This document shows positions 1-8,845 of a DNA stretch of 64,000 nt, piece after piece (the first letter of the stretch is position 1; every line of letters starts with the position of its first letter). Below the pieces are notes generated by a model, which did no database searches, had not been told where the DNA came from, and was given only the letters and a program-made list of their open reading frames with translations. Source of the stretch: Alphaproteobacteria bacterium. GTDB lineage: Bacteria > Pseudomonadota > Alphaproteobacteria > UBA828. The translations under genes and the position numbers were made by a program. Where the stretch lies: assembly GCA_965220745.1 (NCBI GenBank), contig CBDCQT010000005.1, forward strand, positions 320,001 to 384,000, written 5' to 3'.

Positions 1-1041
1 GACGCTGCGACGAAAGGCACGCCGGCGCCGTTAACGAGGGCTGCCGGAATTCCGAACGACGCGGTGCATGATTTTATCCAGGCCCGGTCCGGCTATTTTC
101 CCGAGCTGGAGGAGGCCGCCGAGCAGCTCTGGGCCGACGCGGGCCTCGATGCCGATGGCCTCTACGAGGGGTTGCGCGCCGTCCTCACGGACGCCCACGG
201 CCTTAAGGTCCGCATCATGCCCGCGCACGTCATGCACGACCTGGTCCGGCGCTACGACCGCCACGGCCGGCGCGTGCTGCTTTCCGACGCGCTGGCGCCG
301 GAGGAACGGGTCTTCCAACTGGCCTTTCAGGCCGCGGTGCTCGGCTGGCGCGATCTGCTGGACGACATCGCCGGCGAAGCGGGCCTTCAAGGGGAGGCGC
401 GCCACCTCCTGGTGATCGAGCTCGCAAGCTATTTCGCCGCGGCCTGCGTTATGCCCTACGAGCGCTTCCACGAGGCCGCCGAGGCGCTCGAATACGACAT
501 CGATCTCTTGGGCCGGCGCTTCGGTGCGTCGTTCGAGCACGTCTGCCGCCGGCTTGTCACCCTGCAGCGGCCGGGAGCCAAGGGCGTGCCGTTCTTCCTC
601 GTCCACCTCGACTGCGCCGGCAACGTGCTGCGCCGCTTCGACGCGGGCGGCTTCCGCTTCGCCCGCTTCGGCGGGCTCTGTCCGCGCTGGGGCGTGCACC
701 GCGCCTTTCAGTCTCAAGGGGAGAACCGCCTCGACCTGGTCGAGATGCCCGACGGCGCGCGCTTCCTCACCATCGCCCGCGCGCTCTCGCGGCCGGGCGC
801 CGGCCACGCGCTGCCGGGCCAGCAACTGGTCATTGCCATCGGCTGCCCGCTCTCCCACGCGAGCCGTCTGGTCTACGGCGCGGGCCTCGACCTCGAGCGC
901 CCTGCGGGGGCCGTTCCCATCGGCATCAACTGTCGGCTGTGCGATCGCGCCGACTGCACGGCGCGCGCCTTCCCGCCGCCGGGCCGCCGCCTGATCGTGG
1001 ACGAGAACCAGCAGGGACTGACGCCCTACTTCTTCTCCTAG
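1..1041 (+). CDS. Short-chain fatty acyl-CoA regulator (XRE/RamB-PrpR-ScfR family), 5' end outside the window
   Basis: Frame is open from position 1. Family motifs ASYFAAACVMPY, FGASFEHVCRRLVTLQRPG, GNVLRRF and PIGINCRLCDRADCTARAFPP; the N-terminal HTH is not in the window. Confidence 0.88.
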   Translation, partial: DAATKGTPAPLTRAAGIPNDAVHDFIQARSGYFPELEEAAEQLWADAGLDADGLYEGLRAVLTDAHGLKVRIMPAHVMHDLVRRYDRHGRRVLLSDALAPEERVFQLAFQAAVLGWRDLLDDIAGEAGLQGEARHLLVIELASYFAAACVMPYERFHEAAEALEYDIDLLGRRFGASFEHVCRRLVTLQRPGAKGVPFFLVHLDCAGNVLRRFDAGGFRFARFGGLCPRWGVHRAFQSQGENRLDLVEMPDGARFLTIARALSRPGAGHALPGQQLVIAIGCPLSHASRLVYGAGLDLERPAGAVPIGINCRLCDRADCTARAFPPPGRRLIVDENQQGLTPYFFS

Positions 1042-1214
1042 AGCGTTTCCGTCTTGCACGGAAACGCTCTAGCTTCTTTGTCGTTCACGGCAGCCGGCCT
1101 ACGGCCGGCGCCTCCGCGTCGCGCGTCCACGCGCGCGGGCGCGCGATGGCGCCGCAGGAGCGGCGGGCCGCGGTTGCGGCCTGTCGCATGTCCGTCAAAG
1201 ACGGACATGCTCTA
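1038..1214 (+). repeat. Structured MITE-like repeat, copy 1 (most complete)
   Basis: Begins TAGAGC and ends GCTCTA. 15-bp hairpin at 1038-1072. Core CACGGCAGCCGGCC..GGCCGGCGCCTCCGCG..GCGGCGGGCCGCGG..GCGGCCTGTCGC shared with 8721-8832 and 16895-17035. Confidence 0.85.
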
Positions 1215-1235
1215 AGCCACTCCCCGTCCGCCACC

Positions 1236-1490
1236 CCGGACCATGGTGCGGTGCACGGCGCGCGGTGGTTGCGCCAGTATCGCGCCATGAGGAGCAAGTT
1301 CATTCAGTGCGAAAGCGAGCGGGCCGCGGTGGGCGATCGGACGTTCAAGCAGTCCGCACCGTTGTCCGCGTCGCAACGAGAGACGGCCGCCGCTTTGGTC
1401 CACCTTGGGCCGCGCGTCTCGGACCACCTTGGGCCACCTTGGGCCGCTTTGGGCCGGAGTAGGCCGGAATAGGCCGCCTTAAAACCTTCT
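1236..1490 (+). repeat. Dispersed ~250-bp element, copy A
   Basis: CCGGACCATGGTGCGGTGCAC-N24-CGCGCCATGA matches the reverse complement of 19827-19881. 10-bp tandem units at 1390-1480, then AAAACCTTCT. Confidence 0.7.
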
Positions 1491-1551
1491 TTCGGAACTT
1501 GCCGGGATTCTTCACCCGTCTCGGGCAGGCGGCGCGGCGCGACCTCGGCTG

Positions 1552-2460
1552 TCAGGCTGCCGGCACCACCGCGCCGTCCCAGCCCGCAGACGCGAGCACC
1601 CCTTTGTCGACGATCAGCCGCGCCGCCATGGTGGGTCGGGGCGAGGTGCCGATGCGGAGCTCGCCCACGATGCCGAGCAGCATGTACGCCTCGCGGCGCG
1701 AGAGCCCGGTCCAGCGCGAAACCAGACCGACCGCGGCGTCGGACGCGTCCTCGGTCGCGGCTTCGACCGAGGGGCCGTAGCCCACGATCTGCACCGTGCC
1801 GCCCAGCTCGAAGATCGGCCGCTCTACCGGGCTCGCCTTGTTCAGGGCGATGCGCGCCCGCACTCGTGCCGAGCACTCGACGCCGGTGCCGCTGATGATG
1901 CCATCGCTGATCGCAGCGTGCGGGTCGGCCATGAAGATCAGCGCGTCGTCGACCATCACCGGCAGGTGAACCCGCGCGCCGACACCCACGTCGCGCTGGT
2001 CGAAGTCGCCGCCGTAGGGCCCGGCGTGGGAGGGGCGGTAGCCTTCCGGCGGCATGGTCGACAGCGTGCCGAGATTGGGCGCGAGCGGGATCGCCACCCG
2101 GTCGCCGAACCAGGCCTGGCCGTCTCGGATCGGGCAGGCGACGATGGCGGGCTCCTCGAACTCCCCCTTGAGCACGCCGAAGTCGCGCAGCACCGCGTTG
2201 GCGCCCTCGCCGAAGGGCTCGATCGAGAGCAGGTCGATCTCTACCGAATCCCCCGGCCGCGCGCCGCGCACGGCGATCGGCCCGGTCACCGGCGCGAGCG
2301 GGTGCCCTTCGGACGCCGGCGTGAACGGCGTCGGCACCTCGGTAATGTCCTCGATGTCGTCGAAGGCGCCGTCCACCGTGACCTCGATCTCCGTGCCGGG
2401 GTCGATGGTCATTGCCGGCGGGGTCGAGGGGCCGACGGTGAAGAGATAGGTCTTGCCCAT
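1552..2460 (-). CDS. Acetamidase/formamidase family protein
   Basis: GHPLAPVTGPIAVRGARPGD, GGDFDQ, DPHAAISDG..GTGVE. Confidence 0.88.
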   Translation of the reverse strand: MGKTYLFTVGPSTPPAMTIDPGTEIEVTVDGAFDDIEDITEVPTPFTPASEGHPLAPVTGPIAVRGARPGDSVEIDLLSIEPFGEGANAVLRDFGVLKGEFEEPAIVACPIRDGQAWFGDRVAIPLAPNLGTLSTMPPEGYRPSHAGPYGGDFDQRDVGVGARVHLPVMVDDALIFMADPHAAISDGIISGTGVECSARVRARIALNKASPVERPIFELGGTVQIVGYGPSVEAATEDASDAAVGLVSRWTGLSRREAYMLLGIVGELRIGTSPRPTMAARLIVDKGVLASAGWDGAVVPAA

Positions 2461-2481
2461 GTTCCTGCTCCAAGCGCCCGT

Positions 2482-3618
2482 TCAGCCGGCAAGCGCGGCG
2501 TCACGCTCCTGATGGAAATTGTGCAGCCCGATCTCGTTTCGGCCGAACACGATCTCATGCTGGATGCCGGCGGCGAGGTTCGCCTGCACGCCCTCCATCA
2601 CGGCGAAGTCCTCGTTGTCCAGCACGCCCAAAGCGAGCCGCATCATCTCCTCCCAGTCGCGGTTGGAGCGGTCTTCAGAGGGCGAGGCGAAGCTGAAGCG
2701 GCACACCGTGGTGTCGGGCCGTTCGGGGTCGGGGAAGAAGCGCGCAAGCTCCACGTGCGGTCCCTGGCTGATGAACACCGCATTGGGGAAGAGGCGATAG
2801 ACGATGGTCGCGTGCGGCACCACGCGCCAGGTCTCCGGGTCGTCGTTCCGCTGGTCAATGATGCTGCGGCGGGGCGCCACCAGCCGGGCGTGCCGGCCGC
2901 AGGCCTCGTAGAGAAAAACCGTGCCGAACAGCGTCTTGCCGATGGAGGCGCGGTGCAGGATGGGCACGTGGTAGTACTCGAGGAAGGTATCGACCCCGAG
3001 CTTCCAGTTCATCCGCTTGGTCCAGACGTGACTGCCGCGGTGGCGGTAGTCGGCGAGCCCGAAGGCCGCAAGCTCCGCACCGAAATCGCCGAGGACTTCG
3101 TCGAGGTCGAGCGTGCCGGCGGGGTCCAGCAGCAGCCAGACGAAGCCGTCGCGCTCCTCCGTGGGAAAGCGCACCAGGGCCTCTTCGCCGACGACGACAT
3201 CGGGGAAGTGCTCGGCCCCCGGCTGCGCCGTGAGCACGCCGCAGCGGTCGTAGGTCCAGTTGTGATAGGGGCAGACGAAGTGCTTGCCCAGTTGACCCGC
3301 ACCGTCGAGCAGGCGGGCGCCGCGGTGCCGGCACGTGTTCAGCAGGCCGCGTACCGTGCCCGCGTCGTCGCGGATCAGCATGACCGGCACGCCGGCGATG
3401 TCGAGCGTGAGGTAGTCGCCGGGCTCGGCGACCTCGCAGCCGAAGGCGACGGGCAGCGGCTGGCCGCGAAAGATCTTCTCGATCTCGTCTGCGAGCGCCG
3501 TCCGGCAGGTGTAGCGCCTGCCGTCTACGGCCATGGCGGTCTCGGCCTCGGGCAAGGCGCGTCGGTCGATACGGTCGAGCGCTTCGGCGGCGAGGCGGAG
3601 TTCGGTGTGGTGCTGCAA
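2482..3618 (-). CDS. Rieske non-heme iron oxygenase, alpha subunit
   Basis: Rieske ligands CRHRG..CPYH; mononuclear Fe motif NWKLGVDTFLEYYHVPILH; C-terminal ED motif. Confidence 0.9.
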   Translation of the reverse strand: MQHHTELRLAAEALDRIDRRALPEAETAMAVDGRRYTCRTALADEIEKIFRGQPLPVAFGCEVAEPGDYLTLDIAGVPVMLIRDDAGTVRGLLNTCRHRGARLLDGAGQLGKHFVCPYHNWTYDRCGVLTAQPGAEHFPDVVVGEEALVRFPTEERDGFVWLLLDPAGTLDLDEVLGDFGAELAAFGLADYRHRGSHVWTKRMNWKLGVDTFLEYYHVPILHRASIGKTLFGTVFLYEACGRHARLVAPRRSIIDQRNDDPETWRVVPHATIVYRLFPNAVFISQGPHVELARFFPDPERPDTTVCRFSFASPSEDRSNRDWEEMMRLALGVLDNEDFAVMEGVQANLAAGIQHEIVFGRNEIGLHNFHQERDAALAG

Positions 3619-3899
3619 CGGTTCCTCTCTGCGGTCGTGTCTCCGCCTATACTAGCCCATTGCGGGGTTCGCGACGCCACCCGCGCGGCGGCGTGGGCGC
3701 GATGCCGTGGGTGCGGCCGTCCATCGCCTGAATTACGGACGCTGCGCCAACGACTTACGCGACACCCGAGGCGATTCGACCCGATTGGTAGGTTCGGCTA
3801 TAGTGGATCGATGGAAAAGCGAAGCGACGCCACTCTCTTCGCTCTATTGCGCTGTCATCCAAGATCGTTCGCGACTCTCATTATGTGAGGGCGGAACTC

Positions 3900-4952
3900 A
3901 TGGTGGCGACCCCAATCCCCCGCAAAATCGTTGGATGGTCGACAATCGTCGGTGCCTTGGCTTTGGCAATGGTCGGCGCGACTTTTTCGCTCGCCAGCAC
4001 CACCGATGTAGACGCCGAAGTCGTGGAGATGATTCCGGATACCGACGAACAGTTGACGCAAAGTGAGCTTCGCTGGTGCATCTTCGAATCCGCCAGACTG
4101 GACGGAGAAATCGAAGAGCTGGATGCGCGGTTAGTCTGGGAAGTCGAAAACTATAATGTGCGGTCAAGGGCCTATCAGGAGCAGTGCTCAAAGAAGAAAT
4201 TCAGCGAGGGAGACAAGTCCGCGATCGAAGATGAGTTGACGCCTGCCAGGCGTCTCTCTCTCAAGGAGCAGGGCGCCGCGCGGGTCACGGACGCCCGCGC
4301 CGAGCGGGAGAACCGGCGCGTTCACGTCAAGGAGCACGTCGCGCGCGTGCTCGCGGCGCCGGAACATTCCGCCGAGGAACTCGGCCGCGTTTCGCAATGG
4401 GGCGACCTCATTGCCACCGGCCGGGAGCAAGGGCCCTGGCACGAGGTCGAGTGGCCCGCTGCGGCTCCGGGACAGGCGCCGGCTGCCGGATGGGTGCTGG
4501 GCGGTCTCCTGGGCCGCGGTGCCGGGACCGACGGTCGCTTCGCCTACTGCGAGCAGCGCGCAGGCGATCGCGCGACTCACAACGATGTCTTGAGGAGGGA
4601 CATTGATCTTCACACGATCAGCTCGTTTACGGTCGAGAACGGCCTGGAAGACAATGCCTACGTGAAGCTGGTTCGCGAGCAGGATAACGCGGTGGTTTCC
4701 TTGTTTGTCGCGGCGAAGCAAACGGGGTCGTTGATCGGATTACCGACAGGTTCCTATGAAATCGTCTTCGCGACAGGCTCCTATTTCAGCCGGGGCTGCG
4801 ATTCGTTCTCTCAACGGGGCACTGCCCAAAGATTCCCGAACCGAATTGACTATGGTCATCGCGCTGTTGTTTGGACTCTCTCGCTTCAGAAAGAGGAGGA
4901 CGGAAACGCGCGTGCAGATTCGATGAGCTACGATGAATTCGACAGGCTTTAG
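3900..4952 (+). CDS. Hypothetical exported or membrane-anchored protein, possible SH3-like domain
   Basis: About 350-aa ORF with an N-terminal hydrophobic segment; central GPWHEV..GWV resembles SH3b; start uncertain (3885 or 3900). Confidence 0.6.
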   Translation: MVATPIPRKIVGWSTIVGALALAMVGATFSLASTTDVDAEVVEMIPDTDEQLTQSELRWCIFESARLDGEIEELDARLVWEVENYNVRSRAYQEQCSKKKFSEGDKSAIEDELTPARRLSLKEQGAARVTDARAERENRRVHVKEHVARVLAAPEHSAEELGRVSQWGDLIATGREQGPWHEVEWPAAAPGQAPAAGWVLGGLLGRGAGTDGRFAYCEQRAGDRATHNDVLRRDIDLHTISSFTVENGLEDNAYVKLVREQDNAVVSLFVAAKQTGSLIGLPTGSYEIVFATGSYFSRGCDSFSQRGTAQRFPNRIDYGHRAVVWTLSLQKEEDGNARADSMSYDEFDRL

Positions 4953-5167
4953 TGGCCTGCATTTGTTGCGCACAAAACCAACCGTTCTCGCGAGTTCATA
5001 AGAAGATAGGTCTTGGCACAAATGGCGCGAACTATTGGACGCGCCTGACTTGTCCACTTTCAAATTCACCCATACCGCTCGTAGAATCGTGACCAGCGAA
5101 TCGTGTCGCCGGAAAGGGCTGTCGCAGCCACGGACGATTGGGGCCGCGCGGCCGCCGGGAGTGGAGC

Positions 5168-6337
5168 ATGACCGAATCCCCGGAAACTCAAGACCTTGCC
5201 ATCACCCTCGGCGTCGAGGAGGAGTTTTTTCTCGTCGATCCCGAGTCCCGCGACCTCGTCGCCGATCCGGACGAGGGCATTTTCGAGGCCTGCGAGCGGA
5301 GCGGCGGGCCGCACAAGGTCGTCCACGAGTTCCTGCGCTCCCAGATCGAGACCAACACGCGGGTGTGCGGCTCGGTGGCCGATGTGCGCGAGGCGCTGAG
5401 CGAGACCCGGCAGCTGGTCGTCGAGGCGGCGGAGGCGCACGGCGCGCGGGTGATGGCCGCCTCCACTCATCCCTTCGCCTCATGGCGGGAGCAGGCGCCC
5501 ACGCCCGGCGAGCGCTACAGGCGGTTCGCCTCCACGTATCAGGAGAGCGTGCGCCGCGCCCTCGTCGGCGGCATGCACATTCACGCGGGCTTCGGCGATG
5601 AGGACTCGCGCATCCGGGTGATGACGGCGCTCAGGCGCTACCTGCCGTTTCTCCATGCGCTCTCCGCCTCCTCGCCGTTCAACGGCGGGCACGAGACCGG
5701 GTTCAAGTCCTTTCGACTGACGATGATGGGCGCCCTGCCGCGCACCGGCCTGCCCAGCCCGCTGCACTCGCGGGCCGAGTACGAGCGGCTCGTCGCCGAG
5801 TATCTGCGCATGGACTACATCGGCGATGCCCGAGAGCTCTGGTGGGACATTCGCCCGGCCAGCGCATTTCCCACCATCGAATTGCGCATCTGCGACGTGT
5901 GCACGCGCCTGGAAGACGCGGTGAGCGTCGCGGCGCTCTACGCCTCTCTCATCCGCTGGCTCCTGCGGCACGACCGCGACGGCACGCTGCCGCCCGAGCC
6001 GCACACCGAGCTCATATTCCAGGATCGCTGGATCGCCCAGCGCTACGGCGTATTGGCCTTCTTCGGCGACCGGGCCTCCGGCAGCGGACGGATCGACATC
6101 GACGACTATGCGGCGGGGCTGGTGGAGGTGCTCGCGGACGACGCCCGTGCGCTCGGCTGCGAGGCGGAGGTGCGCCGCGCGCTCACCATCGTGAGAGACG
6201 GGACCGGTGCCGACCGCCAGATCGATCTCTACCGCCTGCGCCGCCTTGAGGGCGACAGCGAGGCGGAGGCCTTGCACCGCGTGGTGGATCAGGTGTTGGC
6301 CGAGACGAACGAGGGACTCGGGGACGGCGGCGGGTGA
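5168..6337 (+). CDS. Carboxylate-amine ligase (YbdK/GCS2 family)
   Basis: TLGVEEEFFLVD, GMHIH, LWWDIRP..TIELRICD; GGAG SD before ATG 5168. Confidence 0.9.
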   Translation: MTESPETQDLAITLGVEEEFFLVDPESRDLVADPDEGIFEACERSGGPHKVVHEFLRSQIETNTRVCGSVADVREALSETRQLVVEAAEAHGARVMAASTHPFASWREQAPTPGERYRRFASTYQESVRRALVGGMHIHAGFGDEDSRIRVMTALRRYLPFLHALSASSPFNGGHETGFKSFRLTMMGALPRTGLPSPLHSRAEYERLVAEYLRMDYIGDARELWWDIRPASAFPTIELRICDVCTRLEDAVSVAALYASLIRWLLRHDRDGTLPPEPHTELIFQDRWIAQRYGVLAFFGDRASGSGRIDIDDYAAGLVEVLADDARALGCEAEVRRALTIVRDGTGADRQIDLYRLRRLEGDSEAEALHRVVDQVLAETNEGLGDGGG

Positions 6338-6459
6338 GGGAGCTTCTGCTATCCCTTGGTTGCACCCTTGAGCACCGCCTGGGCGAGCAGCGCCTCGCGC
6401 CAGAGCGCGACCAGCCCCTTCTGGTCGAGATACCTGGGGTGGAGGCTCCAGAGGCGCAT
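6334..6459 (-). pseudogene. Pyrimidine dimer DNA glycosylase / endonuclease V remnant (N-terminal fragment)
   Basis: Minus-strand translation from ATG 6459 is MRLWSLHPRYLDQKGLVALWREALLAQAVLKGATKG*QKLPH, matching the family N-terminus; premature TAG at 6349-6351. Confidence 0.8.
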
Positions 6460-6613
6460 TCTCTGACAATTGAGCTCGACGAACGGCGCCGCAAGCAACC
6501 ATGTGTGGTAGAAAGGTGCCGATCACCCACAACATGTCGTGCGATCGTTGGCAGGCGCACGGCGGCTCCCTATAGTATGTGTCGGCGCCACCACGCGATC
6601 GCTGCACCGTTCA

Positions 6614-8701
6614 ATGGCCGATAACCTCGATCTCTTCGCAGGGCTCGACGCGACCGCCCCCGCAAAAAAGGGCAAGCCTGCGCGCAAGGCCGCGCGGAAG
6701 GCGCCGGGCGCCACTGGCCGGCGGTCCAAGGCAAGGGCGCCGGCGCCCGAGCCCGCGCCGCCCGCCAACGGCGACTACACCGCGCACGACATCGAGATTC
6801 TGGAAGGGCTGGAGCCGGTGCGCCGCCGACCCGGCATGTATGTCGGCGGCACCGATCAGCGGGCGCTGCACCATCTGCTCGCCGAGCTCATCGACAACGC
6901 GATGGACGAGGCGATCGCCGGCCACGCGAGCCGGATCGAGATCGCGCTGCACGGCGACGGCTCGGCCTCGGTCAAGGACAACGGTCGGGGCATCCCCGTC
7001 GACCCGCACCCCAAGTACGAGAACGTCTCGGCGCTGCAGGTGATCCTGACCACGCTGCACTCGGGCGGCAAGTTCGGCGACAAGGTGTACGCGACCTCGG
7101 GCGGCCTGCACGGGGTCGGCCTCTCGGTGGTCAACGCGCTCTCGGACGCGCTGACGGTGGAGGTCGCACGCGACAAGCGGCTCTGGCGGCAGTCCTACGC
7201 GCGGGGGCTGCCGAGCGGCCCGCTGGAGGACGCGGGCCCCGTCACCAACCGGCGCGGCACGCTCGTGCGCTTCCACCCGGACCCCGAGATCTTTGGCGAC
7301 GGCGTCCGCTTCGGACCCCATGCGCTCTTCGAGATGGCGCGGACCCGCGCCTACCTCTACCGCGGGGTCGAGATTCGCTGGTCGTGCGACGCGGCGTTGC
7401 TCGCCGGCGGCAGCGCGGTGCCGGAGACGGCGGTCCTGCACTATCCGGGCGGCCTGGTCGACTATCTGAGTGCCACCCTCGGCAAGCGCCACACGCTGAC
7501 GCCCGCGCCCTTCGCGGGCCAAGGCACGCTCAACGGCGATTCCGGGCGCATCGAGTGGGCGCTGGCCTGGCCGGAGGACGAGGAGGGCTTCGTCGCCTCC
7601 CACTGCAACACGGTGCCGACCAGCCAGGGCGGCAGCCACGAGGCCGGAATGCGGTCCGCTCTCGTGCGCGGGCTCAAGGGCTACGGCGCGCTCGTGGGCA
7701 ACAAGCGCACCGCCCAGCTCACCGCCGACGACGTGACCGGCGGCGCCTGCGCGCTGCTCTCGGTGTTCCTGCGCGACCCGCAGTTCCAGGGGCAGACCAA
7801 GGAGCGGCTCACCTCGCCCGAGGCCGGCCGCCTGGTGGAGAACGCCCTCGGCGATCACTTCGACCATTGGCTCTCGGCCGATCCCACCGCCGCCAACCTC
7901 TTGCTCGAGCGCGTGGTCGAGCGTGCCGAGGAGCGGCTCCGGCGCCGGAAGGACCGCGAGGTCGCCCGCAAGCGCGCGGCCCGCAAGACCCGGCTGCCGG
8001 GCAAGCTCGCCGATTGCGCGCGCGAGGCGGCGGACGGCACCGAGATCTTTCTGGTCGAGGGCGATTCAGCGGGGGGCTCGGCCAAGCAGGCGCGCAACCG
8101 CGAGACGCAGGCCGTGCTGCCGCTACGAGGCAAGATCCTCAACGTGGCGAGCGCCAGCGCCGACAAGCTGCGCGGCAACAAGGAGCTCGACGATCTGGTC
8201 CAGGCCCTGGGGTGCGGCACGGGCGCGCGCTTCGATGCGGGCGCGCTCCGCTACGAGCGGGTCGTCATCATGACCGATGCGGACGTGGACGGCGCCCACA
8301 TCGCCGCGCTGCTGATGACGTTCTTCTACCGACAGATGCCGGGGCTCATCGACGCCGGGCACCTCTTCCTGGCGCAGCCGCCGCTCTATCGCCTGGCGCG
8401 CGGCGGCACCACCCGCTATGCCCGCGACGACGCCGACCGCGACCGGCTGCTGGAGAGCGATTTCGCCGGCGCCGGCAAGGTCGAGATCAGCCGCTTCAAG
8501 GGGCTCGGCGAGATGCCGCCGGCTCAGCTCAAGGAGACCACCATGGACCCGGCGCGGCGCACGCTGCTGCGCGTCGAGGTCGCCGAGGACGCAGGCACGG
8601 CCACGGCGCGCCGGGTCGAGGAGCTGATGGGCCGCCGTCCCGAATCCCGCCTCGCCTTCATCCAGACTCACGCCGACCGGGTGACCGCGCTCGACCTGTG
8701 A
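6614..8701 (+). CDS. parE: DNA topoisomerase IV subunit B
   Basis: LEGLEPVRRRPGMY, ELIDNAMDEA, GGLHGVG, FLVEGDSAGGS, PLRGKILN, IMTDADVDG; lacks the GyrB insertion. Confidence 0.93.
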   Translation: MADNLDLFAGLDATAPAKKGKPARKAARKAPGATGRRSKARAPAPEPAPPANGDYTAHDIEILEGLEPVRRRPGMYVGGTDQRALHHLLAELIDNAMDEAIAGHASRIEIALHGDGSASVKDNGRGIPVDPHPKYENVSALQVILTTLHSGGKFGDKVYATSGGLHGVGLSVVNALSDALTVEVARDKRLWRQSYARGLPSGPLEDAGPVTNRRGTLVRFHPDPEIFGDGVRFGPHALFEMARTRAYLYRGVEIRWSCDAALLAGGSAVPETAVLHYPGGLVDYLSATLGKRHTLTPAPFAGQGTLNGDSGRIEWALAWPEDEEGFVASHCNTVPTSQGGSHEAGMRSALVRGLKGYGALVGNKRTAQLTADDVTGGACALLSVFLRDPQFQGQTKERLTSPEAGRLVENALGDHFDHWLSADPTAANLLLERVVERAEERLRRRKDREVARKRAARKTRLPGKLADCAREAADGTEIFLVEGDSAGGSAKQARNRETQAVLPLRGKILNVASASADKLRGNKELDDLVQALGCGTGARFDAGALRYERVVIMTDADVDGAHIAALLMTFFYRQMPGLIDAGHLFLAQPPLYRLARGGTTRYARDDADRDRLLESDFAGAGKVEISRFKGLGEMPPAQLKETTMDPARRTLLRVEVAEDAGTATARRVEELMGRRPESRLAFIQTHADRVTALDL

Positions 8702-8720
8702 GGGCGCGCGGGCGCGCCTG

Positions 8721-8832
8721 TCTTATCGCTCACGGCAGCCGGCCTTTGGCCGGCGCCTCCGCGAGGGCGCCGCTTAAGCGGCGGGCCGCGGAGGCGGCCT
8801 GTCGCGCGTTCGTCAGCGACGAACGCGCTCCA
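8721..8832 (+). repeat. Structured MITE-like repeat, copy 2
   Basis: Same conserved core as copy 1; ends GCTCCA; lies between convergent parE and the epimerase gene. Confidence 0.85.
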
Positions 8833-8845
8833 CGCTCGGGCTGGG

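Noticed and set aside
1287-1472. 61-aa ORF inside element A
   Set aside because: The equivalent ATG in copy B closes after 19 codons and the translations do not align
1390-1483. Possible CRISPR array
   Set aside because: Units are contiguous 10-mers with no spacers, and no cas genes are in the window
5014-5028. Sigma54 promoter TGGCAC..GC upstream of the ligase gene
   Set aside because: The -12 element lacks TTGC; too weak to call
6539-8701. gyrB call
   Set aside because: Too short, lacks the GyrB insertion, and has the ParE-type DNAMDEA motif and C-terminus
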